This document shows, piece after piece, positions 18,323-27,708 of a stretch of 64,000 bases of DNA. The notes below the pieces were generated by a model that saw only the letters and a program-made list of their open reading frames with translations, was not told where the DNA came from and searched no databases. Made by a program: the position numbers and the translations under genes. Source of the stretch: Candidatus Thorarchaeota archaeon (lineage in GTDB: Archaea > Asgardarchaeota > Thorarchaeia > Thorarchaeales > Thorarchaeaceae); contig DXJO01000010.1 in assembly GCA_019057475.1 (NCBI GenBank), positions 32,001-96,000 on the forward strand, written 5' to 3'. Each line of letters opens with the position of its first letter. The first letter of the stretch is position 1.

Positions 18323-18973
18323 ATGCCCCCCGCTAATGAGGAGATTGTGAAACTATTCAACCCGAAATCTATCGTCATGGTGATGATTGACAACTTCGGT
18401 CTGTTCGAGGCGGTTGTCTACAAACCCGAAGCACTAATCAAGAACTTGGAGGTACTCGCACTTATTGAAACAGACGACCCCTATGCAGTATCACTAATCA
18501 ACTCAATACTCCGTGGGCCCCTCGACCAGCAGTTCCACCTGATGCAATATGTGAAGAGTCATGGCAAGTTTACGCATGTTATCTGCCGCGAAGACGACAT
18601 GAGCGCTTTTGGTTTTGATTCCGCTTACGCCGTGAACCCGCGTGACGACATGGCAACCTATGTCGAGTCGACAAAAAAGGTCTTCCGCAGCGAATTACTA
18701 TTCATGCACTTCTTGGACTTTGAGAGCCTCTATGCCCAGTATGGGCATCGAACGCCCCCGAAGACACTACTCGAGAAGATAGTTCGACGCACAGACAACT
18801 GGATCAAGGTCCTGTATCGTCAAGCAAGGGAGGACACGCTGTTCATGATAATAGGCAATCACGGACGTAATCCGATTCCTCTGAACTATGAGGGCAAGCT
18901 TGCAGAATGGAGAAAGGCAAATTCTCCAATTGCAATCGTACTGCAGAAGCGTGCGAACAAACTAGCTGAATAG
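18323..18973 (+). CDS. Alkaline-phosphatase-superfamily-like protein (divergent); start may lie upstream
   Basis: IVMVMIDNFG and MIIGNHG resemble the superfamily metal motifs (D.hG; DHG). The frame is open upstream to ~18209. Confidence 0.6.
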   Translation: MPPANEEIVKLFNPKSIVMVMIDNFGLFEAVVYKPEALIKNLEVLALIETDDPYAVSLINSILRGPLDQQFHLMQYVKSHGKFTHVICREDDMSAFGFDSAYAVNPRDDMATYVESTKKVFRSELLFMHFLDFESLYAQYGHRTPPKTLLEKIVRRTDNWIKVLYRQAREDTLFMIIGNHGRNPIPLNYEGKLAEWRKANSPIAIVLQKRANKLAE

Positions 18974-19753
18974 CGTTGGAATCCCGAATAGAATCGCGAC
19001 TACGCCCAGAACCAAACAGAGCACCCAAAATCTGACTCGCCCCGCAAGGCGTAGAAGAAACTCCATCGATAGAAGCCCGGTCACAAACACAATCACTTCA
19101 ATCAGAAACAGGTCTATGATACTCACAGGCAATGACGATCCGCCTATCAATACGTCCAGTACGAAGATACCCACAACAGCAGGGACGCTCATAAGGAAAC
19201 TGAACTTCATCGCTGCTTCCTTGTCAACACGCTGCATGAGCAGGGATGAAACAGTCACTCCTGACCTACTCAGTCCGGGCAGTACTGCAAGACCTTGGAG
19301 CAATCCCGAAATCAACGCTTCCTTGTCATCGATTTCGCGGCCTACTTCTTCCGATGCGCTATCTCTTCTGGTAGGCATGTACAGGACAATTGCTGTGACC
19401 ACTAGAAGGACGCCAATCACAATATTCAGCATTTCACCATTGATTGTGGAGAAACTGCTCTTGAGCACAAAGTACAATGGAACCGCAGTCATCGCTGTGC
19501 CCACCGTGGCGATGAGAAGGCGTCTGAACATCAGCTTGTCTTTCATAGTCAGCAATCCCACGATATCTCGCGGATAGCGAGCAATCACTGCCAAAGTAGT
19601 TCCGATGTGCAACCAAATCACAAGTGTGAGGAGGCTTTCGCTTGGTACCGCGCCCATGCTGTAGACAAAGAGCACTGCCTGCCCCTCGCTGCTGATTGGC
19701 AGCCACTCCACAAGACCTTGAATCAGAGCTACTACTACTTGCCACAGTTCCAT
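18962..19753 (-). CDS. uppP: Undecaprenyl/polyprenyl-diphosphatase
   Basis: QGLVEWLPISSEG, PGLSRSG, FSFLMSVP. Confidence 0.92.
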   Translation of the reverse strand: MELWQVVVALIQGLVEWLPISSEGQAVLFVYSMGAVPSESLLTLVIWLHIGTTLAVIARYPRDIVGLLTMKDKLMFRRLLIATVGTAMTAVPLYFVLKSSFSTINGEMLNIVIGVLLVVTAIVLYMPTRRDSASEEVGREIDDKEALISGLLQGLAVLPGLSRSGVTVSSLLMQRVDKEAAMKFSFLMSVPAVVGIFVLDVLIGGSSLPVSIIDLFLIEVIVFVTGLLSMEFLLRLAGRVRFWVLCLVLGVVAILFGIPTLFS

Positions 19754-19838
19754 TTGATGGCCTTCTCACTGCCCCGGAAGTACCGAAGATTTAAAAGCTC
19801 GCCTCAATGGCACTGCTTCTTGGAGCGTAGTACACAAG

Positions 19839-20501
19839 ATGGTTCTCGATAATGGAAGGTTCCTGACACAAGAACTGGCAAACGTTACCCAGATGCTAGA
19901 GGAACACTTCCGTGTGGTATTATCAGCAAACAAGATAGCTGCAAACATACTCACTGATTGGCTTGATGAACACAAGACGGTGAGCAAAAAGGACTTGGCC
20001 AAGGTAACCTCTCTGGAAGAGAAGGGCGATGAACTCAAGCGTATCTTGATGAAGAAACTTGCTGATGCAAACTCTCTGATGCAGCGAGAGGACCTACTAC
20101 GTCTCGTGCATTACAACGATAAGCTTGTGGACGGGGCTGAAATTGCCTGCTATCATCTCGCCGCCGTTATGGACAGCTGGGTTCCTAAAGGCGTACTGAA
20201 GAGGAAGTTGCACGAACTTGGCGGCCTAGTATTGTCGATAGTTACTGAGCAGAGGGAGGCAGTCAGATTCCTCTCGATCAACATGGAAACCTCCATGAAG
20301 AAAGCGGACGAGATTTGCAGGATTGAAAAACAGATTGACATCCTACAACGAGACATACTTCAACCACTCTACACGTCCGAAATCGGTCTGGCAAAGATTC
20401 TCCGACTGAGAGACTTTGTGAATGTGATGGAGGAGATTGCTAACCTCAGCGAAGATGCGGCAATCACAATCCGTTCGTTGTCACTAAATCTGCATACATA
20501 G
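19839..20501 (+). CDS. DUF47/PhoU-like phosphate transport regulator
   Basis: LEEKGDELKR...REDLLRL...D, IEKQID repeat pattern. Confidence 0.82.
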   Translation: MVLDNGRFLTQELANVTQMLEEHFRVVLSANKIAANILTDWLDEHKTVSKKDLAKVTSLEEKGDELKRILMKKLADANSLMQREDLLRLVHYNDKLVDGAEIACYHLAAVMDSWVPKGVLKRKLHELGGLVLSIVTEQREAVRFLSINMETSMKKADEICRIEKQIDILQRDILQPLYTSEIGLAKILRLRDFVNVMEEIANLSEDAAITIRSLSLNLHT

Positions 20502-20509
20502 TCTGGCCG

Positions 20510-21085
20510 GTGCCTTGTTTGTCTAAGAAGATCGATGAGGTTGCTGTGGCTGACTTAGTCGGCGACAGGGCCATTGTTTGGGATTCCAAGCATGGAATGC
20601 AACTGTATGGTAATGGCTATTTCGGGCAACCAGTAGGAATAAGGAAGCCAAAGAGTGCGGAGTTTGAAACACCCCTCGAGCTGTCACTTCTAGAAGCGGC
20701 ATACCTGACTAAAATCGGTATTCTTAGGGTCAATGTCGCAACCAAGAAGCGACCACTGACGACGGATGAGATTGTTGAAATTGGCAGTACCTTTGCTAAC
20801 GATTTTCTTGATCGTTTCTTGGTGTACTCTCACCTTCGTGAACAGGGCTATATCATACGCCCCGGTTTGAAGTTTGGTACTGATTTCGCTGTCTATAGGA
20901 AAGGTCCTGGGAAGGATCACGCCCCCTTCATGGTTCACGTAATTTCGAGCAGCAAAGGATTGATCCCTCTTGATATTGTCAGAGCAGGACGTCTGGCGAC
21001 AAGCGTCAAGAAGAAATTCATAATCGCAACAATCAAAGAGAATGCAACAATCGCCTACTACTCCTTCGTTTGGCACCGTCCGTGA
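20510..21085 (+). CDS. endA: tRNA-intron endonuclease
   Basis: LELSLLEAAYL, VYSHLREQGY.IRPGLKFGTDFAVY, HAPF, RLATSVKK. Confidence 0.93.
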   Translation: MPCLSKKIDEVAVADLVGDRAIVWDSKHGMQLYGNGYFGQPVGIRKPKSAEFETPLELSLLEAAYLTKIGILRVNVATKKRPLTTDEIVEIGSTFANDFLDRFLVYSHLREQGYIIRPGLKFGTDFAVYRKGPGKDHAPFMVHVISSSKGLIPLDIVRAGRLATSVKKKFIIATIKENATIAYYSFVWHRP

Positions 21086-21199
21086 GCAAGCTGGAGCACT
21101 CGTGCCCAACCCTCGCTCCTCATACCTTCCCGTCCAAATGAGGAACACAAATAAGCACTGTCTGACACAATCTCATCTGACCCGCGAGGGAGAATCCTG

Positions 21200-21517
21200 A
21201 TGGCAGACAAAGCTGAAAACGCGAAAGCCTTTGGCTTGCTTTTAGCTCAGGCGTGGGAGAATATACCCTCCTTCATCTGCAGCAACGATGATTACATGTA
21301 TGTATTGTATCCCGTTGACGACACCATGGAGAAGTGGATTGAGGCGTCGATTACTTTTCCCGATGGCACTTTTGATCAACAAGAAATACCTCCAATTAGG
21401 GCTATCGCCCTTCTAGTCGAGGAGCTCAAGGTGTTGTCCAGCTACGGTGTTGAGTCATTGGTTTCATCAAAGGGCAAACTTGACGCGGCAGCAGGACGAC
21501 TAGGAACCCTCACATGA
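21200..21517 (+). CDS. Hypothetical protein
   Basis: 105-aa ORF with purine-rich RBS-like sequence upstream. Confidence 0.7.
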   Translation: MADKAENAKAFGLLLAQAWENIPSFICSNDDYMYVLYPVDDTMEKWIEASITFPDGTFDQQEIPPIRAIALLVEELKVLSSYGVESLVSSKGKLDAAAGRLGTLT

Positions 21518-21590
21518 CATAGAGGTTTCTGCATCCGAACTGGGCTCTATGCTCTTGGTCCCAATTTCTGAACAAGGACGGTCAAGTCAA

Positions 21591-22379
21591 ATGTCAGACA
21601 CACTTGTTGTATGTTCTTCTTGCGGGGAAGAAGTGCCTGAAGGCAGGTTCTGCAAATCATGTGGCAGGCCACTTCATGAACATTCAGATTTGATTGATTT
21701 CGATGATGAAAAAGACGCTCCTCCTTTGATTGTTCCCATCTCCGATGAGCCTCTTAGGCTGCCTGAGTTTGGTGTTATAGTCAAGGGGATGGATGAGAAA
21801 GCATTGTGCAGTCTTCTGGCTCGGACTGAGATTTCCGTATTGGATATCGAGTTGGATAACCTAATAGAGGAGGTTCAGGCGACAAGACAAGCGTTACGTC
21901 TGGAACATGCAGACAAGGGCGCCCTCGCAGCCAGAGCGGAACACTTGCGCGAAACCCTAGAGAGAGCGAAGAAGCGCAGGAATGCGTTATTGGAAGTCAG
22001 GTGGAATCTGAAGATTGAGCAGATCATTGAGGAACTAGACAGTCTAGAGTCCAAAATATCAAAGCTCAAAGGGATGCGGTCTTCTGTGGACAAGGAAGTC
22101 TACCAAGAGCAGGGCGAACGCATCACCAAGAAGATCAAGGTTTTAAAGAAGGAGTTCGGTCCCGCAAAAAAAGAAGCACGTGGTTGGTTCAAGCGAATGA
22201 CAAAGGCGCAGAAGGAACTCCTGCGTGAGGGCAATCGGCTGGATGCGAAGCATAAGATTGGGGACCTCTCTGATCGTATCTACAGAGAATCCAGGTCAAA
22301 GGTTGATAGATCCCTTGTGATTCTTGAGGGTGGTTTAGAGATACTGGACGGAATAATGAAAACTGCCGAGAAAATGTAA
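21591..22379 (+). CDS. Zinc-ribbon plus long coiled-coil protein (CdvA-like C terminus)
   Basis: CSSC...FCKSCG; extended heptads; LDAKHKIGDLSDRIY. Confidence 0.65.
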   Translation: MSDTLVVCSSCGEEVPEGRFCKSCGRPLHEHSDLIDFDDEKDAPPLIVPISDEPLRLPEFGVIVKGMDEKALCSLLARTEISVLDIELDNLIEEVQATRQALRLEHADKGALAARAEHLRETLERAKKRRNALLEVRWNLKIEQIIEELDSLESKISKLKGMRSSVDKEVYQEQGERITKKIKVLKKEFGPAKKEARGWFKRMTKAQKELLREGNRLDAKHKIGDLSDRIYRESRSKVDRSLVILEGGLEILDGIMKTAEKM

Positions 22380-22392
22380 TTGGGTGATTCAT

Positions 22393-22719
22393 ATGACACA
22401 AGCAATTCTTCCGGATTGCACACCTTACTGCAAGAGTTTTAGATGCGGCCGGGACCCCCCAGCGATAGAGATATCGGTGAAGGAGGGCCGCAAGGTAGTG
22501 TGGTGTACATGGGTAAACGATGACTGTGATGGACCTTGGTGCAAGTTTGGCGCATGTGCAGAACGTAAGATGACGAGTAGTGGCAAGTGTAGCCGGGTGA
22601 AGAAGGAAGCCGCCAAAGCGAAGCCTGGCCATTTTGAAACGCCGGTGGATCCCGAGAGGGTACTAGACGAGAAATCTTACAAGCTCTTCAAGAAGACGCG
22701 CGGCACGGGTAATACATAA
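22393..22719 (+). CDS. Cys-rich hypothetical protein
   Basis: C.PYCKSFRC...WCTWVNDDCDGPWCKFGAC. Confidence 0.65.
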   Translation: MTQAILPDCTPYCKSFRCGRDPPAIEISVKEGRKVVWCTWVNDDCDGPWCKFGACAERKMTSSGKCSRVKKEAAKAKPGHFETPVDPERVLDEKSYKLFKKTRGTGNT

Positions 22720-22797
22720 CACCCATCCCATAGGTCTGCCCCACAATGTCTATAAGTGACACGAGAAGGTCAGCACTGTCAGGCACGGTGTACAGAA

Positions 22798-22923
22798 ATG
22801 TTTGAAGAAATCAGACCCGAGATGAGAGCGCTGATCTACTTCATGATTGGGATGTCGCTCTTAGGAATCGGAATTCTTTTGGAACAAGCTGCTTTTGCAC
22901 TAGGCTTCTTGGGTCCACCTTAG
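22798..22923 (+). CDS. Putative 41-aa membrane micropeptide
   Basis: MFEEIRPEMRALIYFMIGMSLLGIGILLEQAAFALGFLGPP; TATA-like TATAAG at ~22751. Confidence 0.5.
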   Translation: MFEEIRPEMRALIYFMIGMSLLGIGILLEQAAFALGFLGPP

Positions 22924-22947
22924 TTACCACCCAGGCGACCAGTAGAG

Positions 22948-23940
22948 TTGTTTTCATTGATGAATCTTGAAGAACTCGTTCGCTTCCTACTTAACTTCGA
23001 AGGGATATCACGGAAGTTCGTCCTCCCCAGTATCATTAACAAGCTCAGGCGGGACTCGTATGGCGGCGACATCTCTCACTCTCTGGGCGAGGATTCCGCT
23101 GCCATTGGGACCGACTGCGATGACTTTATTCTTCTAACAACAGATGCAATCGTTGAGGATCTCTGCATAAACAACCCTCATGCGGCTGGGTTCAACGTTG
23201 TGTTGGCAAATGTCATGGACATATACGCAGCAGGTGGGATCCCTAACTCCTTTGCTGTCGCACTCTCATACTCTGATTCTCACATTGGTGAAATGATGCT
23301 CCAAGGCTTGATAGATGCCTCACACTCATTCAGAGTCCCGATAGTAAGAGGGCATACGAATCCTGCTTCAACGTCAACCTATGTGGTTGGGTCCTCTACT
23401 GGGAGCGTTCTGAAGGAGGAACTGCTCACGGCAGGAGGTGCACTTCCTGGCGATTCGCTTATCCTCCTCTTTGACAAGGTCGGCAATAGAGGGCGTGCAT
23501 ATGAATTGGGTTGGGACTCGGTTACCGGTTGTGAGTCTTCAGTTATTGTAGAGCGACTATCTGTGATGAATGATTTAGCTCATAAACAGCTTCTCAACGC
23601 GTCGAAGGATGTTTCCGTCGCTGGGCTTGTCGGAACTGCCGGTATGCTTGTCGAATATTCCGGAATGGGTGGAGTGATTGACATTGATGCAGTAGAAACC
23701 TCGCGACCTAAGTCAATTCCGCTCACTGACTGGTTGCGGATGTACATCTCACTTGGCTTTCTTGTATCAGTTTCACATGCCAACATCAGTGCTGTGAGGA
23801 AAGTCGCAGAAGATCACGGGATGACGATGACTGAGGTTGGCGTGGTTGATAACTCAACATCTTTGAGATTGAGAAGAGGTTCGGAGGAAGTGATTATGTT
23901 CGACTTCTCAAAGGGACCGATTCTTACGCCTCGTGGTTAG
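22948..23940 (+). CDS. AIR synthase (PurM/SelD/ThiL/HypE fold)-related protein, methanogenesis marker 2-like
   Basis: GEDSAAI, ANVMDIYAAGG, RGHT, KDVSVAGLVGT. Confidence 0.8.
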   Translation: MFSLMNLEELVRFLLNFEGISRKFVLPSIINKLRRDSYGGDISHSLGEDSAAIGTDCDDFILLTTDAIVEDLCINNPHAAGFNVVLANVMDIYAAGGIPNSFAVALSYSDSHIGEMMLQGLIDASHSFRVPIVRGHTNPASTSTYVVGSSTGSVLKEELLTAGGALPGDSLILLFDKVGNRGRAYELGWDSVTGCESSVIVERLSVMNDLAHKQLLNASKDVSVAGLVGTAGMLVEYSGMGGVIDIDAVETSRPKSIPLTDWLRMYISLGFLVSVSHANISAVRKVAEDHGMTMTEVGVVDNSTSLRLRRGSEEVIMFDFSKGPILTPRG

Positions 23941-23998
23941 CGTGTTGACTACGTTGCCGTCATAGTTATAATGGTGCCAGACTGGTTCATCAATTGAA

Positions 23999-24229
23999 GT
24001 GACAGCCTTGGATAAATCGGGTAAGAAGACCTGCAGCATAGTGGGATGCAATAAGGATTCAAAGAGGGCATTCGCTACTACTCGGATTGCTGAGAGCGTC
24101 GCGAGCACGGGTCTAAAAGTGAAAGACACGCGGTCCCGGAAGACTTACCTGTGTCAGGACCACTGGAAGATAGTAAAGAAGGCTTTCAAGAAGGATACCA
24201 AGGCTGAACGCATGCGTTGGGGGCATTAA
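23999..24229 (+). CDS. Small basic zinc-binding hypothetical protein
   Basis: CSIVGC...YLCQDH. Confidence 0.65.
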   Translation: MTALDKSGKKTCSIVGCNKDSKRAFATTRIAESVASTGLKVKDTRSRKTYLCQDHWKIVKKAFKKDTKAERMRWGH

Positions 24230-24285
24230 AGCAAATAGACCCCTCTCGATTTCGCTACACCCTTGGGAACTCTTGAGATGGGAGG

Positions 24286-24642
24286 ATGGGCCGGGTGGAC
24301 AAAGATGCTGGCAGGGTTGAGAACCTAAAGCCAAATTACAAGCTGTGGCTTGAACAGGATGGCCAGTATGTGTTTGGACTGGGCGCCTATAACATTTTGA
24401 AGAGCATCCACGAAGCGGGAACCATCACTGAGGGGGCCAAGGCTTTGAGTATGTCTTATCGATATGCTTGGGGTGTGATCAAGAAAATCGAAATCACACT
24501 TGGTGTCAAATTGCTTGAAACTTACAAGGGGGGCAACGTTGGCGGTGGGGGCGCTAGAGTCACCGAACATGGGTTGAAGCTCATGAAGATGTTCGATGGT
24601 GCTAGGACTGCTGTAGACAAAGCATTCAGGAAAAGCCCCTAG
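24286..24642 (+). CDS. ModE-like winged-helix regulator
   Basis: KLWLE...FGLG...ILKSIHEAGTITEGAKALSMSYRYAW...GGGGARVT. Confidence 0.85.
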   Translation: MGRVDKDAGRVENLKPNYKLWLEQDGQYVFGLGAYNILKSIHEAGTITEGAKALSMSYRYAWGVIKKIEITLGVKLLETYKGGNVGGGGARVTEHGLKLMKMFDGARTAVDKAFRKSP

Positions 24643-24648
24643 GAATAT

Positions 24649-25716
24649 CTACGCGAATCTGAACACGATGGCATTGTTCGGACAGTGGCTCTTGCACTCA
24701 AGACACATTATGCAGTCTGCAGAATGCATGTGCTGATATGGGAATTTCCGTATTCGGATATTCATCGGGCAAACAACTTCACACACATTGCAAGTGTCCG
24801 GTGTGCATAACGCAGGATTCCTACCGATTCCTATCAATGCGTCTCGCGAGAATATACCATAGAACCAACCTGCCGGGCAGAGCCATCTGCAGAACCATCT
24901 TGGGAACCAGATTGCCACAATCGCGACAAGAACTGCGAATATGAGTTGCAACCAGAACACAAGACCCCAAGTCTGTAGAATCCACAAGCTGTCAAATCCT
25001 GTAGGCCATATCTGCTCCGAAGCAAGTACAAAGATAATGTATGCGGGGTTAAAGGGATCAAAGGGCGCAATGGCAAGAGGACCCAGTAATTCAACGAGAG
25101 CATCTGCTGTGCCCAACGCACGACTTATGCCCACCCACAAAGCCAGAAACACCACAAAGAAGAAGACATACGCCTTCAACTTGCGCAGTTCGCTTTCTGT
25201 TCCAGGAGCGGGACGAATCTTGCTTCTGTTTGGAAGGGTAGCAAAATCTTGGATTGTACCAATGGGACAAATCCATCCGCATGCAGACCTGCCCAGAATC
25301 ACTAGGATAATGAGCATCGCACCCAGCGTGAAGAATGGAAATGATGCACTAGTGAACTCCCTTAGCATTGTGTCGAAGGATCCAGCCATCACAGCAAAAG
25401 GCGCCTCCAAGGGCGCGATGATTGGCAATGTTGGAAGGTACTCCGCCACGGAAGTCCAAAAGTCGGTAAGCCAGTCTAGACCCCACCAAGCGGCGAAGAT
25501 GTAGCCATTGATGGCAACAAAGAACAGTATCTGAACTACTCGGCGTAGCATTCTCACATTGAATATCAGTCCAAGCGGATTCGACAGAGTTGACCTTTTG
25601 AATCTCGAAGGCGCTTCGCTCTTCTCTTCTTTAGTAGCGATGTCTTCTGGTTCGGCCTCTTCTTCTACTTCATTTGCGTCTTCAGGCCTTTTGACATCCT
25701 CTGCCATAGAATTCAA
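24649..25716 (-). CDS. Membrane polyferredoxin (NapH/MauN-like)
   Basis: GRSACGWICPIG, RWFCRWLCPAG, C-terminal 2x[4Fe-4S] motifs, multiple TM segments. Confidence 0.88.
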   Translation of the reverse strand: MNSMAEDVKRPEDANEVEEEAEPEDIATKEEKSEAPSRFKRSTLSNPLGLIFNVRMLRRVVQILFFVAINGYIFAAWWGLDWLTDFWTSVAEYLPTLPIIAPLEAPFAVMAGSFDTMLREFTSASFPFFTLGAMLIILVILGRSACGWICPIGTIQDFATLPNRSKIRPAPGTESELRKLKAYVFFFVVFLALWVGISRALGTADALVELLGPLAIAPFDPFNPAYIIFVLASEQIWPTGFDSLWILQTWGLVFWLQLIFAVLVAIVAIWFPRWFCRWLCPAGWFYGIFSRDALIGIGRNPALCTPDTCNVCEVVCPMNIRIRKFPYQHMHSADCIMCLECKSHCPNNAIVFRFA

Positions 25717-25806
25717 TCCTTGCCCTTGGCGTCGTGGCCGCGAAGACCTTGACCAACATTAAAAACGTTGCGTTGAGCCGGGGGCCTTCATTCGGTGAGG
25801 TGGCTC

Positions 25807-26211
25807 CTACAACTCGGTAAAAATCAACTCGATGATGCCTGCAACCATTGCAATGTGCATCAGATGTGGTCCTGATCTACTGGGAGATTGCAAGGAGATT
25901 GGATGGCTGTAGCCCTCTTCCCACGTAGTAATCAGTCCCCCTGAGCTTTGAAATGATACAGTGAGAGTTGACCCCTCTGCAGAAACAGTCACACCGGTGG
26001 GGATATTGATCTCAATGATAGTGTTGTTTGCTCCCGTGTCCACAAGCTGGGTCTCGTTATGAACTCGTTCTGAGAAATTCTGTGCTAACTCGAGCTGGGT
26101 GGCGTTTCCCAACGTGTCGACTGCGAACAGCAGAATCGGGATTCCAACAAGCACAACTGTCGTGAGGCCGATGGCAATCAACATCAGCTTCTCTAGAGAC
26201 CGTGACACCAT
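25807..26211 (-). CDS. Hypothetical protein with N-terminal hydrophobic (pilin-like) helix
   Basis: SLEKLMLIAIGLTTVVLVGIP followed by a soluble domain. Confidence 0.6.
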   Translation of the reverse strand: MVSRSLEKLMLIAIGLTTVVLVGIPILLFAVDTLGNATQLELAQNFSERVHNETQLVDTGANNTIIEINIPTGVTVSAEGSTLTVSFQSSGGLITTWEEGYSHPISLQSPSRSGPHLMHIAMVAGIIELIFTEL

Positions 26212-26310
26212 AACTAGTTGTTATGCGGGCCTCCCAATAAACTGCTCTAAGCTGAATAGTCATGACCAAGGTTTTAACACCGCTCACGCACATTGCTTGG
26301 ATGAATAGAA

Positions 26311-27708
26311 ATGGAGCAGCTGATTCCTGTCCATGTAGGCCTGCTTGGTCACATCGACCATGGCAAGACTGAGCTAGCTAGAGCTTTGAGCGAAAAGGTC
26401 TCCACAGCTGGCTTGGACGGCCATCCGCAGGCCAAGAGCCGAGGCATTACGATAGATCTTGGCTTCTCAATGTTCGTGTTGGACAATTATCTTGTTACGC
26501 TCGTTGACGCTCCCGGTCATGCAGATCTCATTAGGAGCGTTGTATCCGGGACGAACATAATTGACGCTGCAATCCTGACAGTCGCTGCCAACGAAGGACC
26601 CATGGTGCAAACAGGAGAGCACATTGTGGTTCTCCAGTCCATGGGAATTGACACTGTAATTGTTGCGATAACCAAGGTCGACTTGGTCGATAGCGAAGTG
26701 CTCGCCAAGGTCATTGAGAGGACAAAAAGTGCATTGAGCGATTCAGGAGTGTCGACTGACTATTTCATCCCGATTTCCGCTACTACTGGCTTAGGCATTG
26801 AACAGCTCAAGGATGCACTGGCTGCAATCCTAGAGCCTCGACAGCGTGACGTGAAAGGTTCCTTACTGATGCCGATAGACCATGCGTTTCCAATCAAGGG
26901 CCATGGCACAGTTCTTACTGGCACGATTCTACGTGGTCAGGTTTCAGTTGGAGACACTATACAGGTGATGCCTCAAGGTTCAATGGCTAAAATCAGATCC
27001 CTGCAAACATACGGCGACGAGCGTAGAACTGCGAAGGCAGGCGACAGAGTGGGCGCCAATATCCCCGACTTGGATGACAAGATGATTAGTCGCGGTGATT
27101 ATGTGTGCACTCCAGGCTCCATGACAAAGACAACAGGGATCATTGCCCGTATTCGTATCAACCCGCTGTATCGTGGCAGAGTGACAAGCAGAATGGTGCT
27201 TAACGCCACGGTGGGTATGCCGAATGTGATATCAGAGATTATTCCATTTGAGACCGAGAATGATATCCGCATCGCCGTTTCAGACATTGGAAATGATGAG
27301 TTTGACGCGGCCATTTTGTTCAAGAGGATAATTGGCACAGAACTTGGACTCCGGCTTCTTCTAATGCGCACTGATCTGCCTCCTACAGTCATGCGGATAA
27401 TCGGCGCAGGCGAAGTCACGGATATTCCTACGGAAATTCGCTTGTTTAAGAAGAAGGTCCGGGTTGGCAGGGTGTCCCGAATTCGTGAGGCCGACGTGCT
27501 GGTCGAGGGGCTTGCCTCCAAGAAGGAGATTGCTGACTCACTCAAGGGTGTTTTTATCAAGACACGGAATGATGTGAAAGGAGTGATTGAACAGCCCTTT
27601 GGCACACGTGGAGTAGTGTCAGCTACATTTGATAACCCCGTGGAAGAAGGTGAAGATATCATCTATGAGCGGCTGGGTAAAGAGGAGGTATATCGATTTG
27701 GACAATGA
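26311..27708 (+). CDS. selB: Selenocysteine-specific elongation factor, archaeal type
   Basis: GHIDHGKT, RGITIDLGF, DAPGH, TKVD, DHAFPIKGHGTVLTGT; short archaeal C-terminal domain; adjacent to SepSecS. Confidence 0.93.
   Translation: MEQLIPVHVGLLGHIDHGKTELARALSEKVSTAGLDGHPQAKSRGITIDLGFSMFVLDNYLVTLVDAPGHADLIRSVVSGTNIIDAAILTVAANEGPMVQTGEHIVVLQSMGIDTVIVAITKVDLVDSEVLAKVIERTKSALSDSGVSTDYFIPISATTGLGIEQLKDALAAILEPRQRDVKGSLLMPIDHAFPIKGHGTVLTGTILRGQVSVGDTIQVMPQGSMAKIRSLQTYGDERRTAKAGDRVGANIPDLDDKMISRGDYVCTPGSMTKTTGIIARIRINPLYRGRVTSRMVLNATVGMPNVISEIIPFETENDIRIAVSDIGNDEFDAAILFKRIIGTELGLRLLLMRTDLPPTVMRIIGAGEVTDIPTEIRLFKKKVRVGRVSRIREADVLVEGLASKKEIADSLKGVFIKTRNDVKGVIEQPFGTRGVVSATFDNPVEEGEDIIYERLGKEEVYRFGQ

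Noticed and set aside
22921-22950. The TAG of the 41-aa ORF is in frame with the downstream AIR-synthase-like gene (possible amber read-through)
   Set aside because: No pyl genes are in the window, and the downstream protein looks complete by itself.
22948-23940. Calling this gene selD
   Set aside because: It lacks the N-terminal C/U-x-x-K motif, and no upstream in-frame TGA could supply it.
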